DNA of 64,000 bases, taken from positions 1 to 64,000 of the forward strand of contig RHPI01003753.1 in the NCBI GenBank assembly GCA_009103225.1. Direction: 5' to 3'. Shown here in pieces: positions 1 to 9,668 of the stretch. The stretch's first letter is position 1, and the number at the start of each line of letters is the position of its first letter. The translations under genes were made by a program, and so were the position numbers. Source of the DNA: Chlorokybus atmophyticus. Taxonomy: Eukaryota; Plantae; Mesostigma and Chlorokybus algae. Under the pieces are notes generated by a model. It had not been told where the DNA came from, made no database searches, and saw only the letters and a program-made list of their open reading frames with translations.

Positions 1-90
1 ACCCTAACCCTAACCCTAACCCTAACCCTAACCCTAACCCTAACCCTAACCCTAACCCTAACCCTAACCCTAACCCTAACCCTTAACCCT
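1..90 (+). repeat. Telomere, (CCCTAA)n (TTAGGG type), with one CCCTTAA variant near the proximal end
   Basis: Uninterrupted ACCCTA repeats from base 1, a variant at ~80-86, then unique sequence from 91. Confidence 0.98.
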
Positions 91-1749
91 GCGACGTACA
101 AGACAACATAACCCACACCATCTCTGTCCTCCAAACACTCAACTAGTCCCTTTGTAAACAGCACACACAGCCTCACACATTGGTCAACCCCTTCGCATAA
201 ATGAGAAGAGCTGCTTTATTGCATTGCACATACAACCACCGCTACATGAACAAGGTCTTAATCGTTGCGCAGCCAGCAGAGCTACGGGTTATAGCTAACT
301 GGGCGTACAAAAGGCGCTTGCGGACATGCATTGGGCCAGAGTCCGGCATCATTAGCAGCTTGATTATTTATGCCACCGTTCCATGCACCTTGTCTCCCTC
401 CACAATAACCGCAGTTTAGACTGGTGGGATATTCAGGTGACAGCATGGTTGGCTGCTGTTGCGACTCATAGAAAGGGCGCCCAAATTGGCGCCTATTATT
501 GCGATCATAGGGCGTGTCGGGTGGTCGCATGACGAATTGCTGCATTAGGGTCCACATTTTCACTGTTTAGACCACGCAAGGCCTGCATGCGCGGATAGGT
601 TTACCACCACCCCCCACCCCCCCCCCAAAAATAAAAGATGACCTTCAACCCAGCATGGACACGATGTGTGCATGCGCAGCGTAGTGGTGCGCGCTCACAA
701 GTCCAGTAGGTAGTGTGTTGCATGCAGAGGTCTCCATGCGTGCTGCGGGTGGCATGAAAAAAGGATGTAGTTCCTGCGCACACCCTTACATCATTGAGCC
801 ACCAACACTCCGGCAACTCATGCAACCATTGCGTGCACAACATACACACAGTTTCACTCACCGGTAGCATCACCAGATGCCGGCGGCAGGGGCAATGCGC
901 CATGTACGGCCTGAAGTCAACCCTTGCACGTACATTTCCCTGTCACACACCCTACCTGAGATAGTGAGATCGCGCCGCAGGTCAAGGATAATCTCGGCCT
1001 GTTTGCTTCTGGTACTTCGATTACTGTCCGCCTTCTGCGTCATGCGCTTCTTCTTCGCCTTTTCCGAAGGCGTAGGAGATGACCCTGTTTGTACCGCACC
1101 CACAGCCACACGCCCGCCCTTATAGACCCCTGCCCAAGATTGATCATGGCCAACGCCCGCACTATTCCCCCCCACAAGTGTCGGCTACCCACTTCATGAA
1201 TTAAACAAAGGGCTCCCCTGCATTTGAGATGACTCATTGCCTAAGTCCCCATTACTGCAGGCGCCCGCTCATCTCCGCCGCCGGGGTGACCGGCGCCCCC
1301 ACCGCCCCCACCACCCCCACCGCCCCCACCGCCCCCACTGCACCGGCACACTTTTTGAATTTCACAACTCAACATCCCGCCCAACATCGTTTCCAAACGG
1401 TTTAGCAAAACCCTAGCAGTCGACATAGACGAGCACGGACAATTCGCGATGGTCAAGTCTCCCTCAGTCTACGTCGACATCGCCCTTCAAGTCCCATAGT
1501 CCAAAGACGGCAAAAACAGCTAAAATGTAGACAAATTGAGTTGATGGGTACCCCTCGGGCATACCGGCTGGAGAAGGACATCGCGGAGAGATCATCATGC
1601 GCTCTTAGTCGAAGGTTTATCAAGGCGTCAGTGCCGCGTTTGCTAAATTCGCGTCTGCTTGTCGACGCCGGTAATTGTCCCTGCAGTACGGCCACGTTCT
1701 TGGGTAGGGACGATGGTCGCCGCCATAGGGTGAAGATAGACCCCTACTA

Positions 1750-2110
1750 GTACGGCCGCGTCCTATAGTTTGGCCGCGTGCTGGGCAAGCAACGAACAGT
1801 CGCCGCCAAAGCGGAGAAGACCCCTATATATGGCCGCGGATTGAGGCATGTCGCGGTCGGCGCAGAGCGGAGACCCATCATTATAACCGCGTGCCGGGCC
1901 AGCAACGAACGGTCGCCGCCGAAGCGGAAAGACTCCTCAAGAGGAGACCCCTTATACGGCCGCGGATCGGGGGATGTCGCGCAGCCGCCGCAGAGCGGAA
2001 AGACCCATCAATACGACCGCGTGCCGGGCGAGCAACGCGGAAGTTTGTACCCAACCGCGGGCAAGCCAAAAACTTGCTGTGCGGCAGGGGCCGGGATTTG
2101 GACCCCCGAC
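1750..2110. repeat. GC-rich degenerate ~115-130-bp repeat block (CCGCGTGCYGGGC..AGCAACG..GTCGCCGCC..AGCGGA..AGACCC)
   Basis: The motif string recurs at ~1774, ~1886 and ~2017 with substitutions and indels. Confidence 0.65.
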
Positions 2111-2169
2111 CTCCCTTACCGGCTAAGTGATTACACGTCGCGTAACCATTACGCCATTCAGCCGAAAGG

Positions 2170-2655
2170 TTAGAGGCCAGGTTCTTGCATAACACGATGC
2201 TGGACCATTATGAGGAACCCTTCCTTTTCTTTTATAAAGTGATCGAACAAGTACACCGTGATAATTATGTTCAGAATGCGATTACCAAGGTACTCTAGAG
2301 TCTCATTACAGTCCCACGATATGTCGTACTCCTTGAGGGCGCTCCTGTACGTGAGAGCCTAGTGGCACTGGTCAAGATTCTTGATCTTGACCGAACGCGC
2401 CGTCTCAACTCGCAAGCGAGAGGGAAGCTCCGGCGTGCACTTTGGTGCCTGGGCCTCGCTAACACTGGGGGGAGGGCTGGGAGTCTTGCGGGCCACCTGG
2501 CGAAGATTGGGTTTGACTGGAGGCTGCTGGCTGATAAGTGCTGGCTGATAAACGTATGCGGGTGGGGGCCCTGGCGGTAGGGGCGGCTGAAACTTGGGAG
2601 GTTGCGATTGTATCGGTGGCATGAAATTGCAATGCGCTTGCGAGTGATGGAGCAT
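2170..2655 (-). pseudogene. RNase III N-terminal fragment, giant-virus (Nucleocytoviricota)-like, copy 1
   Basis: Reading through the TAG at 2361-2359 gives RVETARSVKIKNLDQCH*ALTYRSALKEYDISWDCNETLEYLGNRILNIIITVYLFDHFIKEKEGFLIMVQHRV. This matches the RNase III pattern (ALTH.S, E.LEFLGD, YLF..F....EG.L). The signature D reads as N and the second half of the domain is missing. Confidence 0.85.
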
Positions 2656-3233
2656 GCTGTGAGTGAAATGCGATAACTATATTTTGCTGCGACGCGCGTC
2701 TTTTTTACGTTGACTGTCCGATCAAATTACGTTTCTAATATCCAAGCATGCCATGCCTGTTGGAAGCAAACACAGCGGGGACCAACGCAATCAATAATGT
2801 AACTTATAGTGCAAAACCTAGCATTCCGCCGGGCGGCTAAGGGTGCCAGTATGAGCGAAGGGGGCAAGAATGTGCTAAAGTACTCGATTCTGGGGATTCG
2901 CGGATTGAGGCATGTCGCGGTCGGCGCAGAGCGGAGACCCATCATTATAACCGCGTGCCGGGCCAGCAACGAACGGTCGCCGCCGAAGCGGAAAGACTCC
3001 TCAAGAGGAGACCCCTTATACGGCCGCGGATCGGGGGATGTCGCGCAGCCGCCGCAGAGCGGAAAGACCCATCAATACGACCGCGTGCCGGGCGAGCAAC
3101 GCGGAAGTTTGTACCCAACCGCGGGCAAGCCAAAAACTTGCTGTGCGGCAGGGGCCGGGATTTGGACCCCCGACCTCCCTTACCGGCTAAGTGATTACAC
3201 GTCGCGTAACCATTACGCCATTCAGCCGAAAGG

Positions 3234-3719
3234 TTAGAGGCCAGGTTCTTGCATAACACGATGCTGGACCATTATGAGGAACCCTTCCTTTTCTTTTATA
3301 AAGTGATCGAACAAGTACACCGTGATAATTATGTTCAGAATGCGATTACCAAGGTACTCTAGAGTCTCATTACAGTCCCACGATATGTCGTACTCCTTGA
3401 GGGCGCTCCTGTACGTGAGAGCCTAGTGGCACTGGTCAAGATTCTTGATCTTGACCGAACGCGCCGTCTCAACTCGCAAGCGAGAGGGAAGCTCCGGCGT
3501 GCACTTTGGTGCCTGGGCCTCGCTAACACTGGGGGGAGGGCTGGGAGTCTTGCGGGCCACCTGGCGAAGATTGGGTTTGACTGGAGGCTGCTGGCTGATA
3601 AGTGCTGGCTGATAAACGTATGCGGGTGGGGGCCCTGGCGGTAGGGGCGGCTGAAACTTGGGAGGTTGCGATTGTATCGGTGGCATGAAATTGCAATGCG
3701 CTTGCGAGTGATGGAGCAT
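3234..3719 (-). pseudogene. RNase III N-terminal fragment, copy 2
   Basis: Same sequence as copy 1, offset +1064. Confidence 0.85.
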
Positions 3720-4297
3720 GCTGTGAGTGAAATGCGATAACTATATTTTGCTGCGACGCGCGTCTTTTTTACGTTGACTGTCCGATCAAATTACGTTTCT
3801 AATATCCAAGCATGCCATGCCTGTTGGAAGCAAACACAGCGGGGACCAACGCAATCAATAATGTAACTTATAGTGCAAAACCTAGCATTCCGCCGGGCGG
3901 CTAAGGGTGCCAGTATGAGCGAAGGGGGCAAGAATGTGCTAAAGTACTCGATTCTGGGGATTCGCGGATTGAGGCATGTCGCGGTCGGCGCAGAGCGGAG
4001 ACCCATCATTATAACCGCGTGCCGGGCCAGCAACGAACGGTCGCCGCCGAAGCGGAAAGACTCCTCAAGAGGAGACCCCTTATACGGCCGCGGATCGGGG
4101 GATGTCGCGCAGCCGCCGCAGAGCGGAAAGACCCATCAATACGACCGCGTGCCGGGCGAGCAACGCGGAAGTTTGTACCCAACCGCGGGCAAGCCAAAAA
4201 CTTGCTGTGCGGCAGGGGCCGGGATTTGGACCCCCGACCTCCCTTACCGGCTAAGTGATTACACGTCGCGTAACCATTACGCCATTCAGCCGAAAGG

Positions 4298-4783
4298 TTA
4301 GAGGCCAGGTTCTTGCATAACACGATGCTGGACCATTATGAGGAACCCTTCCTTTTCTTTTATAAAGTGATCGAACAAGTACACCGTGATAATTATGTTC
4401 AGAATGCGATTACCAAGGTACTCTAGAGTCTCATTACAGTCCCACGATATGTCGTACTCCTTGAGGGCGCTCCTGTACGTGAGAGCCTAGTGGCACTGGT
4501 CAAGATTCTTGATCTTGACCGAACGCGCCGTCTCAACTCGCAAGCGAGAGGGAAGCTCCGGCGTGCACTTTGGTGCCTGGGCCTCGCTAACACTGGGGGG
4601 AGGGCTGGGAGTCTTGCGGGCCACCTGGCGAAGATTGGGTTTGACTGGAGGCTGCTGGCTGATAAGTGCTGGCTGATAAACGTATGCGGGTGGGGGCCCT
4701 GGCGGTAGGGGCGGCTGAAACTTGGGAGGTTGCGATTGTATCGGTGGCATGAAATTGCAATGCGCTTGCGAGTGATGGAGCAT
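4298..4783 (-). pseudogene. RNase III N-terminal fragment, copy 3
   Basis: Same sequence as copy 1, offset +2128. Confidence 0.85.
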
Positions 4784-5344
4784 GCTGTGAGTGAAATGCG
4801 ATAACTATATTTTGCTGCGACGCGCGTCTTTTTTACGTTGACTGTCCGATCAAATTACGTTTCTAATATCCAAGCATGCCATGCCTGTTGGAAGCAAACA
4901 CAGCGGGGACCAACGCAATCAATAATGTAACTTATAGTGCAAAACCTAGCATTCCGCCGGGCGGCTAAGGGTGCCAGTATGAGCGAAGGGGGCAAGAATG
5001 TGCTAAAGTACTCGATTCTTGGACTGGTGGCATTGGCACTGCTATATTTTGTCGGATATCTGTTGTATAGGGTCTTTACAAACTTGACTTCTACTGTGGC
5101 GGCCACTGAAACCGTCATTGTGCCCATCTGCAACAGCTTGAGCAACACCCAGACCAACCTTAACATCAACGTCGGCAACAGCTGGTCACTTGACCACTCC
5201 ACAGAGTATAACGCCACTCCCCATTATCAGCACCCTGGGTGGCACCAACGGCGTACAAAGTACCAAGCCGCACCCTGGGTGGTACAAGTAGCGTGCCGGT
5301 TATAACAAGCAGCACCCTGGGTGGCACCAGCAGCGTGCCAGGTA

Positions 5345-5517
5345 CAGTCTACCCCCGCCAAGAGAATTCGTTTCAAGAGAATAACCCCGTTAGTATCATA
5401 AAAAATGAGATTACCAAACGTCCCCGTCCGGGGATTACCAAACGTTCAAGAGAATAACCCCGCCAAGAGCATAAGATGGCTGTGGATAAACAGTATGCTC
5501 TTAGCGAGGGTAGACTG
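5345..5517. mobile_element. 173-bp MITE, Tc1/mariner-pogo type, TA target-site duplication
   Basis: Left TA|CAGTCTACCCCCGCCAAGAG, right CTCTTAGCGAGGGTAGACTG|TA (18/20 inverted match). Removing it restores the host repeat SVPGNTSSTLGG in frame. Confidence 0.9.
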
Positions 5518-6036
5518 TAACACAAGCAGTACCCTGGGTGGTACAAGTGGTACTCTGAGTGGCACGAGCAACGCGCCGAGTACCACAAGCAGCATGCCAA
5601 GTACCACAAGCAATGCCACTCGACACGGTGCCGAGTACCGTGAGTGCCAGCGCCAGCCCCTGTCCCAGTTCCAGCCCCAGACGAAGCAAAGCTTCCATCG
5701 CAATGAGCGAAACGGACCTGCGTATTGGCAATGCACACTGATGGCGGTGACCGATGAGAGGTTCATTAAAAAGTGCAGGGCGTGGACAAATAAAACCTGT
5801 GGCCGGCCCCCACGGATAAGGCTGTTTCCAACGCGAGCGGTTGCCATCTGCTTATGCAGAATGATGGCAACCTGGTGCTATATGACAGCTCGGGTGTGCG
5901 CTGGTTTTTCAACACCATCAGGAGGGGGGCAGGCGCGCCTTACACACCGGCCATGCAGTAGGACAACAACCTTGTGGTGTATGACAACGCGGTATGGCGC
6001 CTATATGGGATCACTGCGCATCTTAAAGTAGGGGAG

Positions 6037-6568
6037 TGTAACGGGAAGGTACATTAAATTACCACAAATCGACCATAAAAGCACCAAGTCTTTTGTGGTC
6101 GAGTGGGCTGTGACATTGGTCATCGGAGCTTGAGACCCGAGTTCGATTCCTGCCTTGCACACGAATGCCGCAGTCGTTGTTTCTCGATCCAAGAATCGTA
6201 AATGGTCGCTTTATAAGTGCCATCATCGATGGGTCGCGACTTGCCTAATGGCAGTCGCACCGAACTGACCGGTTCAGTCGGCGCGGCAGGGCGCGACCTG
6301 CCTATCGCGGCAACGCGACCTGTGGGGCCGGCAGCGGCGCGATGTGCGCGCGTTGACCGGTATGGGCCTAAATTGGCCGGTCCTTGGGTGGTGGGGCCGG
6401 TAACCGACCCTAATTCAGACCCCTGGGATTAATTCCCCAGCTGATGGGTGCCAGCTGCCGAGGACGTCAGCGTTCTTAAGTGGGGGGAATGTAACGGGAA
6501 GGTACATTAAATTACCACAAATCGACCATAAAAGCACCAAGTCTTTTGTGGTCGAGTAGGCTGTGACA
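6037..6568 (+). mobile_element. TRIM (terminal-repeat retrotransposon in miniature): 79-bp LTRs, 374-bp non-coding interior, 5-bp TSD GGGAG
   Basis: LTRs TGTAACGG...GCTGTGACA at 6037-6115 and 6490-6568 differ at one base. PBS-like TGGTCATCGGAGC at 6117; PPT AAGTGGGGGGAA at 6478-6489; GGGAG at 6032-6036 and 6569-6573. Confidence 0.9.
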
Positions 6569-7700
6569 GGGAGACTGAGCTCGATCGCCATGCGGTTAGG
6601 GTTCGCCGTGGGGTCCGACATCCTCTAGAGGCAACAAGTACCTGTCTGTGAATGGCGCCGGCGCTCATAAAAATTACCGACGATGGGAGCGTGATTATGC
6701 ACGTGCCGCGTGACGCCCCTTGGGACAGTGGCGCCTACCTGGCACTGCAATACGATGGGAACAGACGATGGGAACATTGTCTTATATGGCAGCAAGTTGC
6801 AGGGTGAGATGCGCTGGCAGAGCAACAGCTACTTCAGTGTGGATCAGAGGCCCTACACGCTATCGCTTACTCCTGAGGAGACCAGATTTACAGGAGCAAG
6901 AGTGGGCAGGTGGTCTGGCGAGGACCGTTAACTGTAGCGCGACGGACAACGGCCTGTAGATCAGCGTGTACAGTACCGTACCGGTGTGGATGTTCAAGAG
7001 TGGCTCACTGAGCTGGACCGGTGTGGACGCAAACCCCTGGAAGTTTTCCACCGGGGGCGTAAACATCGTGGCCTACGTGCTGACGGTGGCAAAGAGCACG
7101 GGGGGCCAATCCGCGTGCTTGTCGGCCTACGATGTCAGCCCCACGTCCAGTGTGCTGCGTCCCCACCCATCGTACAGATGGAGCACTGACGTCAGCAAGG
7201 CGCTGTCTGTGTGGGCAAAGAAGGCAGCAGCAGCGTGTACGTGTGTAGGTCTGTGGCCGGAAAAATGACGCGGGGAGGGTCGCCATAGGAGGTGCAAAGA
7301 ATGGGGTGTGCTACTATCGTGGCAAGGACGGCCATGCGGTGTCTGCCATCCGCAACTTCCAGTACCTTACTCAAGAAGGAGACGCATCATCGGCGGCCCT
7401 GCGTACTGACATAATCCCCAGCTTGAATGATAAGAGCGACTGATTCAGCGGCATCAACGCGGCGTTTAGCGACACGGGGAAGGTGGACTCGGACGGCCAG
7501 CGCAGGTTGTGCGCGGGACACGTGTTCAGAGCATTCGCAAAGAATGGTAACAATGACGGGCTGCCCATTATTGTGCTCCTTGGCCAGACTTTCAAAAAGA
7601 ACAACAAGTTAGACTGCTCGGCGGGGATTGGGGAAAAGAATTTTAACGACAGCGATGCTTTGGAATACGACCTGATGGACGATGGCCTGCAGTACTCTTG

Positions 7701-8654
7701 CAAAACATCCGTGCATTGATCGAGAAGCATCGGCCCCCGATCGGCTTCGAACACTAACTTTGATTGCGATACATGTTCGACTACGTAGCGGGCATCGCGT
7801 CGAATGTGGGGGCCTCGTGCTCGAAAGGCGTGAGGACCTTTGCTGTAATTCCTTAAAAGAAGCCCGAGGCGATCTTTATTACGATAAATACGCCGACCAT
7901 CGAGGACTTTATTCGAACGGCCGACGAGTTCACGACCGAAGAAATCGAGCGGATGGGGGGAGGCAGGGTGTTGTGGCACCAGTACTTTAATATGAGGCGC
8001 GTTAGAGTCTACAACGACGCCATGCGCCCGGACGCACGTGCATACTAGGGCACAATTATCACCAACAAGGTGTCTGTCTGTGTGAGGCGTGCCACTTTGC
8101 TGCCTCGATCTATGTTCGACACACCCGTGCCGAGACGAAAATGCCCTAAGAGAAACAGTACCCAAGCTGACAACAGTGCAAAGGCCATCGAGATATGACC
8201 TCATACAAGGGTGGTGGGCATAGACCCGGGACGCAGGAGAATCTTCACTGTGGCCGTGCACTCTAAAGCGAGCAAAAGAGAACTGCATTCAAACAGTGAA
8301 ATGAGGTACGAGATGTCCTCGTGGTCTACAGGCAAATTATCGACGTCAGAGTTCACCTCCAAGCTCTACTGCGCCTGTTTCCATGAGATGAGAGGCCACG
8401 TGCTCCTTAACGGTTGTAGCGAGCTCTACGGTGTGCAGCTGTGTTCCAACACAGTGTGCAATCGCACGTTGTGGGGCCGCGACGTCAACGCCGCCATTTA
8501 GATTCTGAACAGGTTGCTGAGGGGCGCGAAGGGACGACGAAAACCCCCTCAGTTTCTCAGGGCCGATACGAACAATCCTCGATTCGGGCAAAAAAATGTT
8601 TCGAGGCCTCAGAGAGGGGCTGTACGCTGTGGAGGATGTTCCATAGGAACGTAA
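7701..8654 (+). pseudogene. Fanzor1 (TnpB-like RNA-guided RuvC endonuclease) remnant, 5'-truncated and internally deleted
   Basis: One frame with six stops (7755, 7761, 7854, 8046, 8196, 8499). Motifs in order: RTFAVIP*KKPEAIFITINT, LWHQYFN, GTIITNKVSV, RuvC-I VVGIDPG (D at 8223), RuvC-II SEFTSKLYCAC (E at 8349), zinc finger CSNTVC, RuvC-III W.RDVNAA (D at 8481), KPPQFLR. Confidence 0.88.
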
Positions 8655-8697
8655 CACGTGTGTATTCAAAGTACAAATGACCAAGAATCCCTCGCTT

Positions 8698-8812
8698 ACT
8701 GACACTGTGCCGCCGGTAACTGCGATGGTTGCACAGTTTCTACACTGCTCAAAACAGGTCAGATAAGTTTACAGCTGCCTACCGTTTAGCTTAGTATCTT
8801 AACACTGTCAGT
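8698..8812 (+). ncRNA. Candidate Fanzor omegaRNA scaffold / element right end
   Basis: Lies just downstream of the Fanzor ORF. ACTGACA (8698-8704) can pair with TGTCAGT (8806-8812); ACTGTGC (8704-8710) can pair with GCACAGT (8731-8737). Followed by TTAA. Pairings are visible; function is inferred from position only. Confidence 0.35.
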
Positions 8813-8980
8813 TTAAATGTTTGAACTACAGCATGGTGCAGGTGGCGATTGCAGAGGGGGGGTAGGGTGTGGCCTGATGCGCCCGGCCGCCCCCCCTCCG
8901 CTCCCACGCTGGCACACGGGGGGGCAGCTGTTCTTGTTGTGAGGTAAGCTCAGTTTAAGAGCAGTCGTGCGTGTTTCGAG

Positions 8981-9052
8981 CTAAGAACCCCTCAACATAA
9001 GAACCGTGAAAGCCCTCAACCAACGTGGTTCTTATATCGAGGGTCAACTGTA
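8981..9052. mobile_element. Solo pogo/Tc1-like terminal inverted repeat fragment
   Basis: CTTATATCGAGGGTCAACTG|TA at 9031-9052 (reverse complement TA|CAGTTGACCCTCGATATAAG), with an inverted subterminal copy CCCTCAACATAAGAA at 8989-9003. No partner TIR found. Confidence 0.55.
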
Positions 9053-9668
9053 TTTCCTCCAAAACAGGGAGTTTTACCCAATAGGCTGCGACTTGGCTAG
9101 CGACTGGGCCACAGCCTGAGGCTATCCTCTGTCGCGGATGCGTTGCAATTTGCAACGCGCTTGGGACACGGCCTGCGTGGCGGACTGAAGCGCCGGGGGC
9201 GTCGCTGTACGATGTCAGCAAGCGCGGCCAGGCGGCCCTTGCTAAGCTTAAGCTCGATGTCAGCAAGCGCGGCCCTTGTTAAGCTTGGTAAGCTTAGCTT
9301 ACCGCCTCTTGGCAGCGTCTATGAACTAACGTTACGAACATGCCAGACTGCCGACAGCGTCGTTGTCGTCCGATCCACGGCAGGCCGAAACTGTCAGCAA
9401 AGATAGGCATGAATGTGACGACCCGCCAGCCGCTCGGCGCACGTGCCAGCCTGCACCTCAGATAAAGTCCTGAACGCACCCTTCTTAATGCCCAGAACTC
9501 ATGCATGGCAGGCGTTAAGGTTGTCGGCGGCAACCCATTCTCCTCCTCCTCCTCCTCCTCAACTGCATACATATAAGCTCTAGCAGCGTCAGCAGCGGCC
9601 GGAGCCTCTCTCTCTCTCTCTCTCTCTCTCACACCCTAGGATTAGCACGCAGGCAAGGGGGGAGCACC

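Larger units (their letters stand above)
1835..5019. repeat. Three tandem copies of a 1,057-bp unit (1835-2891, 2899-3955, 3963-5019) joined by a 7-nt GGGGATT linker; period 1,064 bp
   Basis: Identical ORF translations recur at +1064 offsets; both junctions read ...TACTCGATTCT-GGGGATT-CGCGGATTGAGG... Confidence 0.95.
4979..7719 (+). pseudogene. Intronless membrane-anchored Ser/Thr/Gly-rich protein with several bulb-type (B-) lectin repeats, inactivated
   Basis: N-terminal anchor MSEGGKNVLKYSILGLVALALLYFVGYLLY and STLGGTSSVP repeats. B-lectin motifs LLMQNDGNLVLYD (~5850), MQ*DNNLVVYD (~5955), KITDDGSVIM (~6670) and LALQ..DDGNIVLY (~6740-6790). Disrupted by frameshifts, stops, a MITE and a TRIM. 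Confidence 0.75.

Noticed and set aside
201-1750. Short ORFs next to the telomere
   Set aside because: Fragmentary and stop-interrupted with no recognisable family; possibly a decayed minus-strand gene, but unsupported.
1778-4301. Repeated 79-142-aa ORFs in the GC-rich part of the tandem unit as real genes
   Set aside because: They arise from stop-poor GC-rich repeats and a junction fusion; there are no domain motifs.
6088-6160. tRNA gene
   Set aside because: Box A/B-like words are present, but the acceptor and T stems do not pair and the sequence is part of the TRIM.
7371-8288. 305-aa minus-strand ORF
   Set aside because: Antisense shadow of the plus-strand lectin tail and Fanzor remnant; no recognisable motifs.
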